Shown in pieces: positions 28,350-32,000 of a stretch of 32,000 nucleotides of DNA. The position numbers and the translations under genes are program-made. Numbering within the stretch: the stretch's first letter is position 1; each line of letters starts with the position of its first letter. Source of the stretch: Archaeoglobus fulgidus DSM 4304 (GTDB lineage: Archaea; Halobacteriota; Archaeoglobi; Archaeoglobales; Archaeoglobaceae); assembly GCF_000008665.1 (NCBI RefSeq), contig NC_000917.1, forward strand, positions 1,680,001-1,712,000, given 5' to 3'. The notes beneath the pieces are model-generated. The model did no database searches and had not been told where the DNA came from. It saw nothing but the letters and a program-made list of their open reading frames with translations.

Positions 28350-28955
28350 ATGAAACTGCTGGCAATAAATGGCAGCCCCAACAAGAGAAACACGCTGTTC
28401 TTGCTTGAGGTGATTGCCGAAGAGGTGAAAAAGCTTGGTCATGAGGCAGAGATCATCCACCTGAAAGACTACGAGATTAAGGAGTGCAAGGGCTGCGATG
28501 CCTGTTTGAAAGGAGACTGCAGCCAGAAAGATGACATCTACAAGGTGCTTGAGAAGATGCAGGAGGCAGATGCGATAGTTATCGGCACTCCCACGTACTT
28601 CGGAAACGTGACGGGAATTGTTAAGAATCTCATCGACAGAAGCAGGATGGCGAGAATGGGGAATTACAGGCTGAGAAACAGAGTTTTTGCTCCCGTTGTA
28701 ACTTCAGGCCTCAGAAACGGAGGTGCTGAGTACGCGGCGATGAGCCTCATAGTTTACGCACTCGGCCAGGCAATGCTTCCAGTTTCGATAGTTGAAAACC
28801 CCATCACGACGGGAACGTTCCCTGTTGGAGTGATTCAGGGAGATGCGGGGTGGAGAAGCGTTAAAAAGGATGAAATTGCGATAAACTCTGCGAAAGCTCT
28901 CGCAAAAAGGATTGTGGAGGTTGCTGAAGCAACCAAGAACTTGAGAGAGTCCTAA
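28350..28955 (+). CDS. NAD(P)H-dependent FMN reductase / flavodoxin-like iron-sulfur flavoprotein family
   Basis: 201 aa, MKLLAINGSPNKRNTLFLLEVIAEEVKKLGHEAEIIHLKDYEIKECKGCDACLKG...DAIVIGTPTYFGNVTGIVKNLIDRS. Confidence 0.88.
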   Translation: MKLLAINGSPNKRNTLFLLEVIAEEVKKLGHEAEIIHLKDYEIKECKGCDACLKGDCSQKDDIYKVLEKMQEADAIVIGTPTYFGNVTGIVKNLIDRSRMARMGNYRLRNRVFAPVVTSGLRNGGAEYAAMSLIVYALGQAMLPVSIVENPITTGTFPVGVIQGDAGWRSVKKDEIAINSAKALAKRIVEVAEATKNLRES

Positions 28956-30004
28956 ACCACCCAGTCCTTCAACTCTATTTTTCTTCCCGTAACCCTGGCA
29001 ACCGCAACCCTTACAAGTGATATAAGGCAAATCACAGTCCACAGCGGTGAGTAAATGAAGTAGTAAATCGGAAGGACTTTCATGTCCACTCTGTAACCGA
29101 GCTTTTTCGATGCAAGCAAAATAAGGCCCGACCATGCAACGAAAGACGCCACTCCCGCAACCAAGTTTCTCACGTTCTCCATCTCGTAAACGGCCAGTAT
29201 AGCTATTGAAGCGAGCTTTGGTGAAATAAGTGCCAGAAAGGGCAAGACAAGGTAAAGAAGCTTTGCAATGTAGTTTTCGGTGAAAAAGAGAGAAATCACC
29301 AAACCGAATATCGCAGGGTAGAAGAGCACCAGATACGGCACCCACAAACGAGGTTTGCGAATGATTGCCGAGAGGTTCTCCACAAAAACCTCCGTCCCTC
29401 CTACGCTCCACCTTTCCCTCTGCCTGAACCACTCTCCAATGCTCTTTGGGACTGACGTAACGGCCCTTCCGCATACTGCGAATCTGTATCCCCCTAACGC
29501 CGCCCTAATGCCGAGTTCCGTGTCCTCATTAACCTTACACCTGAACCCTCCAAGCTCCTCAAAGGCCCTTCTTTTTATCAAAAACGCCGCACCGTTAACC
29601 CCAAGACAAGAGCCGAATTTTGAGGCGAGCTTGGCACACATCGCCATAACAAGATAGTCCACAGCAACGAGCTTTTCAAGCAACCCTTTTCCCTCGACCT
29701 CTTTAACAACTTCAACAACATCGGCACCGTTAAGACCCGTGAGATTCTTGATTATGGTATCCGAATCCAGAAAAAGCAGCTCTTCACCATCGGCAATCCT
29801 TGCAGCATCGTTCAGCGCTCTCCACTTTCCTCTCCTCCTTTCGCTCACCGTAGCTCTGAGGCTGTACTTTTCAATTATCTCCCTAACGCTCTCCTCCGGC
29901 TCATCGGCGGCGACAATTACATCAAACCCCTCCTTCTGCAGCAGCCTCACGTTCTCCTCCAGAAACGCGGCATTCTTGTACACTGCAATCACTGCTGTTT
30001 TCAT
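28952..30004 (-). CDS. Membrane-associated family 2 glycosyltransferase (start MKTAVIAVYKN at 30004; alternative start 30019)
   Basis: VIAVYKNAAFLEENVRLLQKEG...EELLFLDSDTIIKNL...NEDTELGIRAALGGYRFAV...RQRERWSVGGTEVF. Several C-terminal hydrophobic segments. Confidence 0.87.
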   Translation of the reverse strand: MKTAVIAVYKNAAFLEENVRLLQKEGFDVIVAADEPEESVREIIEKYSLRATVSERRRGKWRALNDAARIADGEELLFLDSDTIIKNLTGLNGADVVEVVKEVEGKGLLEKLVAVDYLVMAMCAKLASKFGSCLGVNGAAFLIKRRAFEELGGFRCKVNEDTELGIRAALGGYRFAVCGRAVTSVPKSIGEWFRQRERWSVGGTEVFVENLSAIIRKPRLWVPYLVLFYPAIFGLVISLFFTENYIAKLLYLVLPFLALISPKLASIAILAVYEMENVRNLVAGVASFVAWSGLILLASKKLGYRVDMKVLPIYYFIYSPLWTVICLISLVRVAVARVTGRKIELKDWVV

Positions 30005-30093
30005 CTGAAGGTCGAGCATTGCCTCGCCACAAAAAGGTATCGGAATGACTAAGTTTTTAAATTGCCAAGTCTAATTTTTACAGGTGTCAGGAA

Positions 30094-30447
30094 ATGATCA
30101 AAGTGATGGTCGTCGATGATGAAATTGCAATGAGGGAAATTCTCAAAATAATGCTTAAAGATTACAAGGTCATCGAGGCCTCGAACGGAAGGGAGGCGGT
30201 TGAGCTGTACAGGGAGGAGCGGCCGGACATCGTTCTCATGGACGTCATGATGCCCCTGATGAATGGAATTGAGGCCACATCGGAAATCAAGAAAATAGAC
30301 CCTGATGCAAAAATAGTCGCGATAACGGCCTACGCAAGCTCCAAAGGGGAGAAGGTAATTGAAGCCGGGGCGGATTACATTCTCAAAAAACCCTTCACCA
30401 GAAAGGAGGTGGTGGAGCTTATTAAGAGAATTCTCAACTCGTCCTAA
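30094..30447 (+). CDS. CheY-like single-domain response regulator
   Basis: 117 aa, MIKVMVVDDEIAMREILKIMLKDYKVIEASNGREAVELYREERPDIVLMDVMMPLMNGIE...TAYAS...ADYILKKPFTRKEV. Confidence 0.95.
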   Translation: MIKVMVVDDEIAMREILKIMLKDYKVIEASNGREAVELYREERPDIVLMDVMMPLMNGIEATSEIKKIDPDAKIVAITAYASSKGEKVIEAGADYILKKPFTRKEVVELIKRILNSS

Positions 30448-30489
30448 TCTGCAATAACTATTTATAAAGCGAGTTAGAATTTTATTTGA

Positions 30490-31689
30490 ATGTCATCTGA
30501 CATGGAAGGAGGTATGATAACCATGAAAGCTAACGACACTACAAAATACTTAATTCATGCTGAAATAGAAGCAGAAGGTGTTGTTGAACGTCCTGACGTA
30601 GTTGGGGCTATATTCGGTCAAACTGAGGGACTGCTGGGTGGTGACCTGGACCTGAGAGAACTGCAGAAAACTGGGAGAATAGGGAGGATAGAGGTTAAGA
30701 TAGAGAGCAAGGGAGGCAGGAGCTTTGGAGAAATCAAGGTTCCATCGAGCCTCGATAAGGTGGAAACGGCTATCCTAGCTGCAGCGCTTGAAACGATCGA
30801 GAGAGTTGGGCCATGCTCTGCAAAGATTAAAGTTCTGAAAATTGAGGACGTGAGGGCGAGCAAGAGGAAGAGAATCGTTGAGAGGGCCATGAACATTCTC
30901 AGAGAGCACTTCGAAGAGCCGGAGATTGAGTCTGAGAGGATAGTGGAAATCGTAAGGCAGGCTATAAGGGCTGACGAGATTGTCGAATACGGCGAGGAAA
31001 AGCTGCCAGCAGGGCCAGCGATTGATGAGTCTGATGCAATAATAGTCGTCGAGGGCAGGGCTGACGTGCTGAACCTGCTGAAGCACGGAATCAAGAACGT
31101 TATTGCTGTCGAGGGAACGAATATACCTAAAACGATAGTTGAGCTCAGCAAGAAGAAGACCGTTACAGCGTTTCTTGATGGTGACAGGGGAGGAGATTTG
31201 ATTTTAAAGGAATTGCTGCAAGTTGCTGAGGTTGACTACGTGGCAAGGGCACCTGAAGGGAAAGAAGTGGAGGATTTGACGCAGAAGGAAATCCTGAAGT
31301 CCCTTAGGAACAAAGTTCCGGTTGAGCAGCTTCACGTGCTGAAGAAGGAGGCAAAGGAGGGCAGGGAAAGGGAGAAACTAGCGGAAATGCCCAAGGACAG
31401 CATCTCCGACGTGCTCAGGAAGCACACAGAGTCCGTGAAGGGCAGACTGACTGCAAGAGTCCTCGACAGGAACTTGAACGTCATAAAGGAGGTTCCGGTG
31501 AGGGACCTTGTAAAGATCCTGAAGACCAACAACATGAAGGGCAGTGCGATCGTCTTTGACGGCATTATAACACAGAGACTCATCGATCTCGCCGCGAAAA
31601 AAGAGTTTGACTACATCGTCGGAGTTAGGCTAGGAAGTGTTGTTAAGGTCCCCACATCACTCAGAGTTATTACTTTTGATCAACTTTAA
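30490..31689 (+). CDS. dnaG: Archaeal DnaG-type primase (TOPRIM domain)
   Basis: 399 aa, TTKYLIHAEIEAEGVVERPDVVGAIFGQTEGLLGGDLDLRELQKTGRIGRIEV...DAIIVVEGRADVLNLLKHGIKNVIAVEGTNIPKTI...TAFLDGDRGGDLILKEL. Confidence 0.94.
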   Translation: MSSDMEGGMITMKANDTTKYLIHAEIEAEGVVERPDVVGAIFGQTEGLLGGDLDLRELQKTGRIGRIEVKIESKGGRSFGEIKVPSSLDKVETAILAAALETIERVGPCSAKIKVLKIEDVRASKRKRIVERAMNILREHFEEPEIESERIVEIVRQAIRADEIVEYGEEKLPAGPAIDESDAIIVVEGRADVLNLLKHGIKNVIAVEGTNIPKTIVELSKKKTVTAFLDGDRGGDLILKELLQVAEVDYVARAPEGKEVEDLTQKEILKSLRNKVPVEQLHVLKKEAKEGREREKLAEMPKDSISDVLRKHTESVKGRLTARVLDRNLNVIKEVPVRDLVKILKTNNMKGSAIVFDGIITQRLIDLAAKKEFDYIVGVRLGSVVKVPTSLRVITFDQL

Positions 31690-32000
31690 TTTTTTTAACC
31701 TCTACCGCTTTAAGTATTATTTCCACTACTCCTTCAGCATCAAAGCTTCCCGAATTTATTATAAGATCGTAAATCGTCCAGTTGTCGATGTCGATGCTGT
31801 AAAACTTCCAGTACCTCCTCTTTTCAAATTCCTCCCTGAGCCTCGTCTCCTGCCTCACTACGGTTAGGTCCTTTCCCTCTCTCTTTGCTATTCTCGAGTA
31901 CCTTACCTCGGGGTCGGCAAAAATCCAAACCTTGAGGTCGGCGTTTTTAACAAACCAGCCGGAAAGTCTGCCCTCGACCACAACGTTCTTCTCCTTCTCC
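31670..32000 (-). CDS. Cytidylate kinase-like protein, C-terminal part, truncated by the window edge
   Basis: ...VVEGRLSGWFVKNADLKVWIFADPEVRYSRIAKREGKDLTVVRQETRLREEFEKRRYWKFYSIDIDNWTIYDLIINSG resembles an archaeal CMP kinase C-terminus. The frame is open to the window edge. Confidence 0.8.
   Translation of the reverse strand, partial: EKEKNVVVEGRLSGWFVKNADLKVWIFADPEVRYSRIAKREGKDLTVVRQETRLREEFEKRRYWKFYSIDIDNWTIYDLIINSGSFDAEGVVEIILKAVEVKKIKVDQK

Noticed and set aside
28704-29474. 256-aa minus-strand ORF overlapping the flavoprotein, and plus-strand ORFs over the glycosyltransferase
   Set aside because: They conflict with well-supported coding genes on the same DNA and have no recognisable domain.

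Overview
The window resembles a euryarchaeal genome of the Archaeoglobus type. This assignment comes from recall of gene order and protein sequences and has not been checked by a search. The left part (1-14181) is a dense CRISPR-Cas region. It holds the 5' end of cmr2 (cas10) and cmr1 of a type III-B module, a csa3 CARF/HTH regulator, and a divergent type I-A effector operon (csa5, cas7/csa2, cas5a, a csa4/cas8a-like large subunit, cas3', cas3'' and cas2). A convergent cas4-cas1-csa1 adaptation operon follows, then a leader and an array of 44 repeats of 37 nt (10930-14181) running on the + strand. The middle part has tRNA-Thr(TGT), an ABC-2 type exporter (permease plus ATPase) and tRNA-Lys(TTT). 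The right part is the conserved RNA polymerase/translation operon with split rpoB and rpoA genes (rpoH, rpoB'', rpoB', rpoA', rpoA'', rpl30e, nusA, rps12, rps7, fusA/EF-2). It is followed by a CxxxCxxCC-type cysteine-cluster protein, a flavodoxin-like reductase, a GT2 glycosyltransferase, a CheY-like receiver, archaeal DnaG and a partial cytidylate-kinase-like gene. I did not find a clearly undescribed system. The least ordinary signals are a chimeric repeat/spacer unit inside the array (11394-11506), a duplicated 15-bp motif in the leader, and the arrangement of two effector modules around one regulator and one array.
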